DNA from: Octopus sinensis
Taxonomy: Eukaryota
Assembly: GCF_006345805.1 (NCBI RefSeq)
Contig: NC_043011.1
Location: 41,242,464 to 41,306,463 of the forward strand
Direction of reading: 5' to 3'
DNA length: 64,000 nt
Shown here: piece by piece, positions 27,741-38,700 of the stretch
Position numbering within the stretch: position 1 is the stretch's first letter
Layout of the letters: each line of letters begins with the position of its first letter
The notes under the pieces: model-generated
What the model was told of the DNA's origin: nothing
Databases searched by the model: none
Seen by the model: only the letters and a program-made list of their open reading frames with translations
Made by a program: the position numbers and the translations under genes

Positions 27741-27827
27741 AACATCAGTGTCATTGTTGTATACGCTCCCACTCAATATGACATTGGCATTGGTTTGATA
27801 TTACGTGTCAAAAGTGAAAGAATAAGA

Positions 27828-28843
27828 TCTATATTGTAACATGATCTAATATTGTTTCACTTTTAATTCTAATGTGATAACACTAACATCATCTTATTTC
27901 TATTATATTTATGAAGCTTTCCCAAGATCAGCAAAGGCATGCTGCAGCACAACAGTTGGAGTCTTAAGAGAGAAAGGAGATGAGACTTTCCCAACATCAA
28001 CAAAGGCGTGCTGCAGTACAATGCTGAATCATTGAAACAACGTTTTAATGATTAGACAGAGATCCGATAGAATGGCTCTCAGAAACAGACTACATACAAA
28101 TTCATTCTTCACAACTCCTGGAATTACTTTCAGATATGATCCATCCCATTCTTATAAAATGATAATTTTGTCCAAATTGGTGTAGTAAACTCAAATTGTC
28201 TTTTCTGCAAAGCTTTAAAATTTCCAAATGAAATTAATGACATGTGCTGCTCAGACAGTAAGGTAAGATTGCCAGTACTACCAGCTCCTTCTCAACCGCT
28301 TATGAATCTTCTAAAAGGCGCTTCCATCTAGTCAAAGGATTTTCTGAACAATATCAGACAATTCAGCATTTCAAATGACATTGTTTGGTGCATCTAAGGA
28401 GATAGTTGAACATGGATTTACGCCAACATTTAAAGTTCAATGGCAATTCTATCACCTCATTGGTTCCCTGTTACCCACAAATGAACAACTGTAGTTCCTC
28501 TAAACTTACTTTATGGGTGATGTAAGATAAGAAGCCCAAAGGAGGTGTCAAAACTCCAGATGATGGGTCATTTTAAACGCAGCGCTGACTGCTGCAAAGA
28601 GTATATCCCTGACAGCTTTATGGTGCATTCAAACATCGCACAGCTCCCACCCCCAATTAGGTTAGGGCCTAGAATACTCCAAACAGAGGCACAAAATTTC
28701 GCTTAGTCAAATTAGCCCATCCTTTACTCTACATGTTTTGTTGTCAATGCTGCACTTTCTCGTATCACCTGTTTCAACATAACTGTAATATATTTACAAA
28801 CTAAGCTGTTTTAATTCTGAGCAACGCCGGGTATCTCTGCTAG
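27828..28843 (+). mobile_element. Helitron relic with Rep/helicase N-terminal coding fragment
   Basis: CLFCKALKFPNEINDMCC..KVRLP, FLNNIR, AFQMTLFG, FTPTFKVQ..YHLIGSLLP (about 28150-28520, with stops); 3' end GAGCAACGCCGGGTATCTCTGCTAG; 5' end approximate. Confidence 0.8.
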
Positions 28844-28883
28844 TCTATGCATAAAAAAAATAAATATTTGAAAGCAATGTTAC

Positions 28884-29084
28884 CTTCAAACTTGATGGTT
28901 TCTGATTCTTATTTTCTGCCTCAGCTTCAGCAGCAAACATTGATAAAGGATCACGGCCATCAAACTCAGCATTAAGTGGGTCCAAAATAAGACTAAGGGG
29001 TTCAGAAAGGCCCTTCTGACCTGTTGCTATAGAGTTTGATCGGGAAGGCGTCCCTCTTTTGTCGCTACATTTTATTTCAGTGAC
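28884..29084 (-). CDS. VPS35L: VPS35L exon 3
   Basis: ttgcag/gtaaca, 201 nt; VTEIK...DPLNAEFDGRDPLSMFAA (family motif DG.DPLSMFAA). Confidence 0.92.
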
Positions 29085-29776
29085 CTGCAACAGAGATTAG
29101 AGTAAAAATAAATAACCAATACTAATAGCTTCATATTTTTAGTTAATAATTAGTTTAATAAAATAGTTAAATATTTCTGTACCCAACAATAGGTATGTCT
29201 GAAAAGAGGTAAAATTTATTTGAATTTCAAAAACAATAAACAAAAATTGTAAAGGAAGAACAGAGCCCCCCACCCACCCAAAAATGCCATAAAATGCTAT
29301 GACAAAAATATTTTTCCAAATAACATCGGGAAGAATGAAAATAAATGTGTGTGTGTGGGGGGGGGGCAAATGAATTTATCTGACAATTCAGTTCATCATC
29401 ATCATCCAGCATTTTAAATCTGGGTTCTGTCCCTGTTAACAGGGGTGGCCAGATTTACCTCAATGTCATAGCAACCAAAGTAGGCAGATGCAGCCCATCC
29501 CAACCTTTGGGCTGGCTGGTGCCCATTCTCTTTTGCTATCATGAGGCTTTTTGGAGCTGAGTTTTCTATGAGGAGCATGCCATTGCTTACCCGCCAACCT
29601 CAGTTTCTAGATAAGAGTGGTCCTGAGACCTAGGCCTCTACCACGATTTTTAAGAAATGTGGCGGAAAACTAGCTCAGGAAGGCAGGGACACTACTCCCT
29701 GAGACCCCTTTTGGAGCCCCCTTACCACACAGTAGTTTAATATTTCTAAATTAAATTATAATTCATGACACTTCAA

Positions 29777-31070
29777 TATGAGAGTTGCTCCAAAAGTAAT
29801 GTAAAAGTGACATAGGTTGTTCAATTTGTTCATGTTGGTAGAATGAATAACTCCTCCTGTCTGAAAAGGTAACACTCAACACTATCTCCATCAGAAGCGA
29901 TGTGTTTGAGCATCGAAGATAGTTCATGAAGACTGTCTTACCTTAGACTGAACAGATGGAAGTTGAAAGATGCCAGGTCTGGGTTCTACAGTTGATGGGG
30001 GAACCAATGACCAGCCCACTTTGCCAATTGGGTGATTTGCTTTCAAAAATGCATGTGGTCACTCATTGTCTTGGTGAATGTGGACCATTTAAAAATTTTT
30101 GTTTCATCTCAGTCCAGAAAAGTAAAGGAAATAACACTTGTCATTTGAAAAAACAGTTACCATGACATTCTGTGCTAATCCCTGGCTCTTGAGCTTCTTA
30201 ATCCTTGAAGGAGAAAGATAATGCCATTCCATGAATTGAGCCTTAATATCTGGATGACAAAGATATACTTATGTCTCACTGCCTGTTACCAGATCAGAAG
30301 ACAAAAATATCATCATGACATCAAAGCTTTCCAGTAGACCAGAGCAGACTTCCACCCTTCTTTCTTTTAACCCCTGGTTGCATTTTCACAATGCTTAACC
30401 TGTTCCTACTTGTTTGGCATCTGACCGAGCATACAAAATGTTCAGTAGATAGTCGACGCCTGTAGCTAATAGTTGCATTCTGTCCTTCTCTTCCAGATTG
30501 TGAAAGCTTACCATAACGTTTAATCTGAATACAGTGAAATTTTAAGACTTAATTTTTTTATGGGCAGATATGGGTTAAATCAGGTGTCCAGTGGTAAGGT
30601 ATCCACATAACACACACTCTTTCCAATGCTCCAAAATCCTCATCTATAATGCACTGTGACCACAGTCCAGTTGTGCAAACAAACTCATCAATCAAGATTC
30701 ATCTGTTCATGTGAATCAATCTGTCGATTTGGGTCAGTGACTTCATTTAATATTCTCCTACTGTGTGGTTTGTCTTCAGTGTTGGTTTCCTCTTCTTTAA
30801 ACTTCATCTGTTTGTGCTCATTACTCTTGCCAACAGTATCTCCATAAGCTTTGGTCTGTAGCCGGTGGATGTTGGACAGTCTCAATCTTGCTAAATTTTC
30901 TTCAACAAGACAGCATGTTGTTTCAGCTTGAAACCCATTATTTGTCCACAATAAAGAAGAACAGGGAGACGAGTTTCCGTAGAGGATGAATTTTCTACTC
31001 AATTGTGCAATTCAAACAACTTATGTCAGTTAATAAAAAGGGGAGGCCTACTTTTGCAAGAAAGTACACA
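29777..31070 (-). mobile_element. Decayed mariner transposon
   Basis: Frameshifted motifs KFKEEETNTEDKPHSRR (HTH), WIPYHWTPD, LVTGSET, HQDNE*PH, NPDLASFNFHLF; TIR-like TATGAGAGTTGCTCCAAAAGTAAT at 29777; right boundary approximate. Confidence 0.8.
30371..30574. mobile_element. 204-bp insertion with CCC..GGG ends and TTAA TSD (piggyBac-like non-autonomous)
   Basis: TTAA at 30367-30370 and 30575-30578; removing it restores the mariner frame PDLKERRVEVC. Confidence 0.8.
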
Positions 31071-31574
31071 TTTATAAAGAGAAACAAACACAACAGAATC
31101 TCTATAATTTTTGCATGGAAGCATTTGTTGCAAGTAGCTTATATGTAGATCATAATCTCTTGACGGAGTCTGTGACTTGGGTTCAATCCTTGATCATAGC
31201 TATTTCTCTTAATCTAATATTGCTGGCCACAGCTCCTATTTTGCCATCACACCTGAAGTGGATGAGCCAGATTACCTATTAATGATTTCTCACTGACTGC
31301 AAAAGTTTAATAAATTATTTATTATACTACTGTACAGGAAAAATATATTTATTTGTCGAAGTCCATGGCACAGAATTCTATACAGACTATGCGTATTCTA
31401 TAGAAATCTATAGGGAGTTATATATATATATAGAGAGAGAGATTTGTTAACTAAGGCTAGAACAATGTTTTTTTCTTTTTGTAGGTTATATCTTTTTGCA
31501 TTGTTCTGGCCTTTTACAACAAATCTCTTTAAAGTTATACCACACAATGCTTCACCAAAACTACATGATATATA

Positions 31575-31745
31575 TATATATTAAAAATGGGGAAGGCTGG
31601 TTTATGGGATTACCTTAGGTTTCCTGTTTAAGAAGTTATAGGCCAACAGGTTTTTTAGGCTCTGACAATATGCCATAAAGCTAAACCATTAGACAGAAAA
31701 CCTAAGATAATCCCATAGACCAGCCTTCCCCATTTTTAATATATA
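31575..31745. repeat. Foldback element, ~55-bp arms
   Basis: ATATTAAAAATGGGGAAGGCTGG... / ...CCAGCCTTCCCCATTTTTAATAT. Confidence 0.85.
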
Positions 31746-32024
31746 CTGTTCTACAGCTTAGAGTGTGCTGCTTCTTTCAGACTTATATTTTTTTACAAAA
31801 TATATATAAAATCCTTTACAGACAGTCTATGTTCCAAATTACTAAATAGAGAGAATCAGGAATTGAAACATTGCTCTGATCAGCCAATGTTAAATTCAAT
31901 GATAATTGGAGCAGATTGCTGGAGTATTGAAGTTTCAAAATTTCATACTGCTAATAACACTAGAACTCTAGGGACTGTGCCAAATTCTATGCTCTTTTAG
32001 AGGAAATTAAAAAGGTTGACTGAC

Positions 32025-32115
32025 CGTTATGGCTTTTAAGGGATGGTTACTTGTAGCTTCAAAAGAAAGCTGTCTTTTTTCTTTTTCCTTTGCATAGTCT
32101 TTAGATTGGTGATAC
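32025..32115 (-). CDS. VPS35L: VPS35L exon 2
   Basis: ttccag acceptor, gtcagt donor, 91 nt; YHQSKDYAKEKEKRQLSFEATSNHPLKAIT resembles the family motif HPLKPIT. Confidence 0.85.
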
Positions 32116-33156
32116 CTGGAAGAATATCAAACACAAATTGCAATAAATTCTGAACAGAGAATAGACAGACGTATTAGGGTTTAAGACAAAATGTTTTTCA
32201 GTGCACGTGTACTGGTTCTTTGCTTTCTGATTGTAACACTGGCAGCAACACAAGTGTTTAGTTGCATTAGCTTCTAAAAAAAATGCTTTTCATTTGGATA
32301 GGATTAGTGGCTTCAAGAGGGAAGACTTGCATGCGTGCACACTGGTCAGTCCTGGGTTGTCCAAGGTACCATGCAATAGGCTTGAACCTTGAAACCGTGG
32401 GGTTACAAAAGAAGCTGCTTAACCAGGAGTAAAAAGAAAAAAATAATAAAAAGACAGATTTGTTATGACTGAAATGCTTTTGATAATAGATTAGATCAAA
32501 CAGGGGCAAGTATCTTCTACTATAATCCCAGGCTGACCAAAGCCATGAAAGTAGATTTGGTAGACAGAAACTGAAAGAAGCCCGTTATATATGTTTTGTT
32601 TACATTTGGGGCCGCTCGCTAGTGTCATTTCTGTCAACAAATCAACTGTCACTTTACGCTATGAAAGACGTGAGAAGACAGATCCCTTACTTGAAAAAAA
32701 AAAAAAAAGCAAGGGTTAGCGACAGGAAGAGCATCCGGTTGTAAATCAAATTTCTCAATAATAAGCATCCGTCTAAACCATGCTAGCATGGAAAAATGGA
32801 CGTTGAGCAAAGGGAAAAGCGGCTGTCAGTATTTTACGTTTTTCAAATTTTGTCTGCATGATTTATTGCAGTCAAATATGAATGTCGTCGTTTTTAACTG
32901 GTACTACATTAGCAACAACTATACTTTCTAAATTACGCAGAACCTTACTTGACAATCCTTCGGTATTGATACACAACGTCATTTATCAACAAAACCTTCC
33001 CTCATAACATAAAGAAGCTAATCTGAAAGAGAGAGTGAATGACGTCGTCTCCTAAGGGTCGTCCCTTAAATGATCTCGGCGGAAATTGAACCCAGAACAA
33101 AGAGCTATAAGTAAACACTACGAGACACTAATTGGTTTTTCAAAGGTAAATTGTAT

Positions 33157-33940
33157 TAAAAAAAATATGCACGTAGAGAAAAACAATTCCATAAAAATGA
33201 TTTATAAGTTAAATTATATACATATGTGTGTGTGTGTTTGACGGCACAACAAATTTCAGATTTAAATAAAATGTTTAGCTGTTTCTTCATTGGGGCGTCG
33301 TCAATACATAACAGAATATTGTCATTGTGTTAGGAAAAGTGATAACTTGGGGATCTTTTCGGTTTGAACGGCAGTTTTTTCTAGCGGTGCCATATGAAAT
33401 TGTCACCCATAATTATGAACCAAGTATCGATCTATTGCATTTCAATCTGGATTAGGGTTAGGGATGGGGGGAAGGGTATCTTTTTTTCTTCACAAATGTA
33501 AATAAACCCAATCTGTTTCTTAAACGAGGGACATATTCATACGGCACAGAATGTTTTCATCTCAATAGACGTCATTGATTGGTTGAAATTGAAGAAAAAC
33601 AACAACGAATATCTTACAAACTATAGAATTTTCTCAATAAAGCCAAGAGAAAAAGATGTTTTATAAACACATTCTACCAGTATACGAAGTTTAAAAGTGT
33701 TTAGTTACGTGGAAATTATTTTTAAAAACTGCCGTTCAAACCGAAAAGATAAAAAAATATGCAAGTAGAGAAAAACAATTCCATAAAAATGATTTATTAG
33801 TTAAATTATATACATGTGTGTGTGTGTTTGACGGCACTACAAATTTCAGATTTAAATAAAATGTTTAGCTGTTTCTTCATTGGGACGTCGTCGATACATA
33901 ACAGAATATTGTCATTGTGTTAGGAAAAGTGATAACTTGG
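33157..33940. repeat. ~190-bp direct duplication flanking a MITE
   Basis: 33157-33350 vs 33750-33940, about 6 differences. Confidence 0.92.
33349..33750. mobile_element. MITE with GGGGATCTTTTCGGTTTGAACGGCAG TIR, right end 4 nt short
   Basis: Left TIR 33349-33380, right TIR 33723-33750; flanked by ~190-bp direct repeats. Confidence 0.8.
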
Positions 33941-34441
33941 AGAAAAGGACAAGTAAATTTCAAAAGTTCTGAAGTAAAATTAACTCCAGGAAACAAAGTA
34001 AGATATACATTTTAGCAAACCATGGCAGAGAGAAAGCAAAAGCAAAAAAAAAATGTTATCAGCAGTAAACGCCCACAAAAATAAAATACTGGTTAGCCAA
34101 TATCAATTCGATATAAAACTACATAAACAATTTATTCAAAGAACTTTTTGAAATATCAATTAATATATTAATGCAAATTAGATATTCCTAAACAGACAAA
34201 AATATCAAAATATCTTTAATTAAATAAACAAATATATTGTTTATATTACGAAAGAATATTTTTGTTATGAAAATGCACCTATAAGTTTTAAATATGTCGT
34301 AGACATTACTATTAATATTTCATAGAAGTACACGTATGATATGTCTGGTTTTAATTCTATTTCAACACACCAATGTTTTCATAACTAAACATTGTTATTA
34401 GTGAAACTAAAGTTTAACATAAAAAAGCAGACAACACTTAC

Positions 34442-34458
34442 CACCTGTGAGTCGCCAT
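34442..34458 (-). CDS. VPS35L: VPS35L exon 1 (MATHR, W split)
   Basis: aaaATGGCGACTCACAGGTG then gtaagt donor; 17 nt, phase 2, joins exon 2 in frame (TG+G = Trp, matching the MAVFPW start of vertebrate VPS35L as recalled). Confidence 0.75.
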
Positions 34459-34461
34459 TTT
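34453..34461 (-). promoter_or_regulatory. YY1-like motif overlapping the VPS35L start codon
   Basis: CGCCATTTT on + strand (AAAATGGCG on -); sequence match only. Confidence 0.35.
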
Positions 34462-34700
34462 AAAATCATGCGGTCAGAAATATGGAAGGACATTTAAAGC
34501 CGTTGTTTCGCATTTTATTAGTCTTCAACTAATATGTTGTTTCGTAGAACAAAAGACATGCTATTGGTGTATTTGCACATGTAGATAACACACACACACA
34601 CACACATGTGTGTGTGTGTGTATTGATAAAAACAGTAAGATAGCAAAAGAAAGAAAGGGACCTCGATATTATGTAAATAGAGGAATTTATCTGTAAATGT

Positions 34701-34870
34701 AAAATGTGACAATTATTCGGTAGCCAAGATAAAACTCCGAGTTTCGGATACCGAGGTGGAAATCCACGCCACCATCTCTTCAGTTATCTGAAGGGATGCA
34801 TGGATTTCCACCTCGGCATCCGAAACTCGGAGTTTTATCTTGGCTACCGAATAATTGTCACATATTACAT
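34701..34870. repeat. Palindrome made of two opposed hammerhead-like modules
   Basis: AATGTGACAATTATTCGGTAGCCAAG... / ...CTTGGCTACCGAATAATTGTCACAT. Confidence 0.9.
34728..34788 (-). ncRNA. Type I hammerhead ribozyme-like motif, near intact
   Basis: GAUAA-CUGAAGA-(helix II)-GAAAC-UCGGA-GU-U-UUAUC; helix I 5 bp perfect; helix II imperfect beyond closing G-C. Confidence 0.6.
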
Positions 34871-34875
34871 TTGTA

Positions 34876-34938
<63 letters not shown>

Positions 34939-35947
34939 CGTCGTTGGTTACGATGACGAGGGTTTTACTTGACCCAGTCAACAAAACAGGCTACTCATTA
35001 AAATCTTTTCTACTCTAGGCACAAGGCCCGAAATTTTGGGGGAGGGGGCCAGTCGATTAGATCGACCTCAGTACACATCTGGTACTTAATTTATCGACCC
35101 CGAAAGATGAAAGGAAAAGTCGACCTCGGCGGAATTTGAACTCAGAACATAAAGATAGACTAAATACCTATTTCTTTACTACCCACAGAGAGGACAAACA
35201 AGGACAGACAAACGGATTAAGTCGATTATATCGACTCCAGTGCGTAACTGGTACTTATTTAATCGACCCCGAAAGGATGAAAGGCAAAGTCGACCTCGGT
35301 GAAATTTAAACTCAGAACGTAGCGGCAGACGAAATACTGCTAAGCATTTCGCCCGGTGTGCTAACGTTTCTGCCAGTTCGCCGCCTTTAGTCTGCTCGTT
35401 AAATTAACGAGCAAGTGGCTGAGAACTCTACAGGGACGTATATCTTTAACGTAGTACTCAAGGAAATTCAGAGTGATACAGGGTATGACAAAACTGGCAC
35501 TTCGAAATACAGATACTACTCCGTTTTGCCATCAGGGGAGATAACTGTGCATACAACCCCCACCTCCTTAGACCGGGATCGGTCGAACAAAAGGAAGGTA
35601 GGCGAAGTATGCGTGCGATAGAAGGTCACAGAAGAGTGAAACATGGCAAAACAGTTGTGTGAACAATGCAAGAATACAACTTGGATGAAACATGCAGGAG
35701 AATGTCTGTTTTTGTAGAGAACGAAATGTGTGATACACAGAATCTGAACTATGGCAGAACAATTGAAAAATACAATGCAAATATGTACAAGGAAAGAACC
35801 GTTCAGCAAAGAAAGGTGTCCGATGAAACAGAACAAAGTATATATGTACAATGATGCAGAAAGAGAGGAAATATGAATGCGGTGTCTATAACAAACATAA
35901 GTCTATTCTCCGGATCAATCACTGGCGAGGCAAAGTTAAGAAATGTA

Positions 35948-36377
35948 GGCAATCTTTCGTCTCTAGTAGACCTTTCCGTCGATTTCCGTAAAAAAATTTT
36001 TTTTTTTACATATGGGCTTGCGGAAACTTTTGAAGTAATGAGAGCGAAAGAGACTAAGAGAAAGCGATTGTATGACGAGGGAAGTTCTTTTGAAGTTACC
36101 GTGCATGGCAAGCATTGATGTATATGTGTGTGTGTGTGTGTTTGTGTGTTTGATAGGGTGTGGGAGACAGACAGTATGTTGTGTAAGTGAAGTGCTTCTG
36201 TTAGTGTGTGTGAAGAGATAGAGTAATGTGTGAAAGAAAGAGATAACTGAAATTTTTTACTCGGTGTATGTGTATATGTATGTATATTACTTCAAAAGTT
36301 CCCGCAAGCCCATATGTAAAAAAAAAAAAAATTTTACGGAAATCGACGGAAAGGTCTACTAGAGATGAAAGATCGCC
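35948..36377. mobile_element. MITE with ~90-bp TIRs and 8-bp TSD GAAATGTA (Merlin-like), copy 1
   Basis: Ends GGCAATCTTTCG...TGAAAGATCGCC; identical GAAATGTA at 35940-35947 and 36378-36385. Confidence 0.9.
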
Positions 36378-36724
36378 GAAATGTAAATAGTCTGAGACAA
36401 TTTCTTCGGCCAATGAACCGATCTGCCATAACCTGTCCTATAGGGTGAAAAATGCGTTTGTGTAGTCGGTGTTTTGATGAGTTGAGGTGGTGCTTGTGGA
36501 GTTGGGGGTGGAAGTGTGTGCGGAATGATGGGTGTGTCAGCAAGTGGCATAACTGTTTCAGAACAGGTTTTTTTTTTATTCTGTCGATAGAGACTGTCTC
36601 ATTTTCCCGATATATGTCCACAGTGAACAGTTTCGGTGTGCTTCTAAGAACGCGATAGGGACCAGTGTAGAAAGGTGTGAGCGGTCCTTTGACGGCATCA
36701 TTTCTTTCAAACACGTGAGTAGAA

Positions 36725-36905
36725 ATATCTGGAGGTACTGTAGGGGAAATAGACGTTTCTACAAAATCCGAGGAGGGGAAGGGGAGGAGAGACTTTCTGG
36801 AAAAGTCCGAGGGGGGAGTTCCTGGGAAATTCTGGGGAGTGGGATGAGAGGAGGGTTACTTCCTGGAAAGTTCCGAGGTGATGGAGTTGATGGGGAGGAA
36901 GTTGA
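36725..36905 (-). repeat. Short inverted array of the same minisatellite, interrupting the integrase
   Basis: e.g. GGGTTACTTCCTGGAAAGTTCCGAGG is the reverse complement of units near 38015-38045. Confidence 0.85.
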
Positions 36906-37899
36906 TAGCAGGTCAGCAAAGAATGACCTGGGTCGTGTGACGTAAGATGTAGGATCCGCATTCGGTATGTCGACGGCGCCAACATTTGTCCAGGAAGTGC
37001 CAAAATGGTACCATACAGGAGATCATTGAAGGAGTAGCCTAAATCCTCCTTAACAGTTGAGCGGCACCCCAGCAGAACAATGGGGAGAAACTCAGACCAA
37101 CGATGAGGATCAAGAGCAGCACGGATAGCGGCTTTAAGCTGGCGATGGAACCGTTCTACTATCCTGTTCGCGTCGGAATGGTAACTTGTGGTGTGGATGT
37201 GCAGAACTCCGAGAAAGCTCGAAAGCTCACGGAACAGACAACCTTCAAATTAGCGTCCACGATCAGTGATAATCCTAGAGGGTACTCCGAAGCAAGATAT
37301 CCACTCTGAGATGAGTGCTCTGGCGACTTTCCGCGGAAATGTCTACAAGTGGGATGGCTTCAGGCCATCTGGAGAAGCGGTCGGCGCAGGTCAATATATA
37401 AGTAAATCCGCAACTGATTGGCCAAGGACCAACCAGGTCGATGTGTATGCGACGGAACCTTGTGTCCGGTGGCTGGAAGTGCCCAAGAGGGGCTCGCACG
37501 TGACGATGCACCTTGGAAAGCTGACATGGTACACAGGCACGTGACCAAGCAGTAATAGACTGACGTATATTCGGTCAGAAAAAGCTGGACGAGATAAGCT
37601 TTACTGAGGCCGCAATGCTGGGATGTGACAGTGAATGCTGTACTTCAAAGACAGCACGACGGTGATGTTCAGGAATGATGGGTCGGAGCAACCCGGTAGA
37701 AACATCGCAGAGAATGATTCCTTCACAAAAAGGCAGAGACAGGTGTTCAAACTTGCAGCAGGAAAACTGTGGTGAAGAGACGTCCAGAGAGTCCAAGGAG
37801 GGTTGGTCAGTAGCGATAGCAACCAAATCAATCGAAGCAGGAGACGACAATGAACCAACAGACAGGCTACAAAAAGCGTCGACCGAGATGGGGGCGATT

Positions 37900-38700
37900 G
37901 GAACTTTCCCAAGAAGTCCTTCCTCCCCCTCATCGAACTTTTCCAAGAAGTCATTCCTCACGCTCCTTCCCAAGAAGTCCCACCCCTTCTCCCCTTCATC
38001 TCCCCTCCTCGGAACTTTCCAGGAAGTAACCTCCCTCCTCCAACTCCCTGGAACTTCCCAGAAAATATTTTCTCTCCTTCCCCATCTCGGATTTTATAGG
38101 AAGTCCCTCCTCCCCTTCCTGGGACTTTTCCAGAATGTCCCATATCCCCTTCCTCCCATTCACCTCCCCCTCCTCGGAACTGTCCAGGAAGTCTCTCTGT
38201 TTCCCTCGTCTTCCTTCCCTTCATCTTCCCTCCTCAGAACTTTCCAGGAGGTCCCTCTCCTCTTCATTTCTCCTTCCTTGGAACTTCCCAGGAAGCCCCT
38301 TCACCCACATGCTCGGAAATTTCCAGGAAGTCCTCCTCCCGTCCCTTCGATTCATCTCACCTCCTCGGAACTTTTCAGAAAGTTCCCTTCCTCCCCATCA
38401 CCCCTCCATCCTCGGAACTTTCCAGGAAATTCTCCCGTTTCTCCCCTTTTTCTCCTCCGAACTTTCCAGGAAGTCCCCCTCCCCTTCCTCGCCCCTCTTC
38501 GGAACTTCCCAGGACGTCTCCTTCCTTCCCTCCTTGGAGCTTTCCAGGACATCCCCCTTTATCTCACCCTCCTCGTCGCTTTCCAGGAAGTCCCCTTCAT
38601 GCTGCTCCCTCCTCGGAATTTTCCAGAAAGCTCCCTCCTCCCTTTCACGGAACTTTCCAGGAAGTACCCCCCTCCTCGGACTTTTCCAGGAAATTTTTCT
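37900..38700 (+). repeat. Minisatellite: ~20 quasi-palindromic GGAACTTTCCAGGAAGTCC cores with C/T-rich spacers
   Basis: Read directly; unit length about 30-60 bp. Confidence 0.95.

Larger units (their letters stand above)
35557..37900 (-). mobile_element. Decayed Gypsy/Ty3 LTR retrotransposon, integrase region
   Basis: Frameshifted HSLSHP zinc finger (37575-37973 ORF), HIDLVGP/DRFSRWPEAIP core (37275-37511), TSYHP..N..VERFHRQLK, PFYTGPYRVL GPY/F motif (36334-36714); PPT-like AAGGAGGTGGGGG at 35557-35569. Confidence 0.92.

Noticed and set aside
33452-33463. Interstitial telomere (TTAGGG)2
   Set aside because: Only two units, internal to a MITE.
35550-35570. Complete LTR pair for the Gypsy element
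   Set aside because: The PPT-like tract is followed within a few bases by SINE sequence; no second LTR, PBS or TSD was found.
37900-38700. CRISPR-like repeat-spacer array
   Set aside because: Spacers are low-complexity C/T of variable length, repeats are degenerate, there are no cas genes and the context is eukaryotic.
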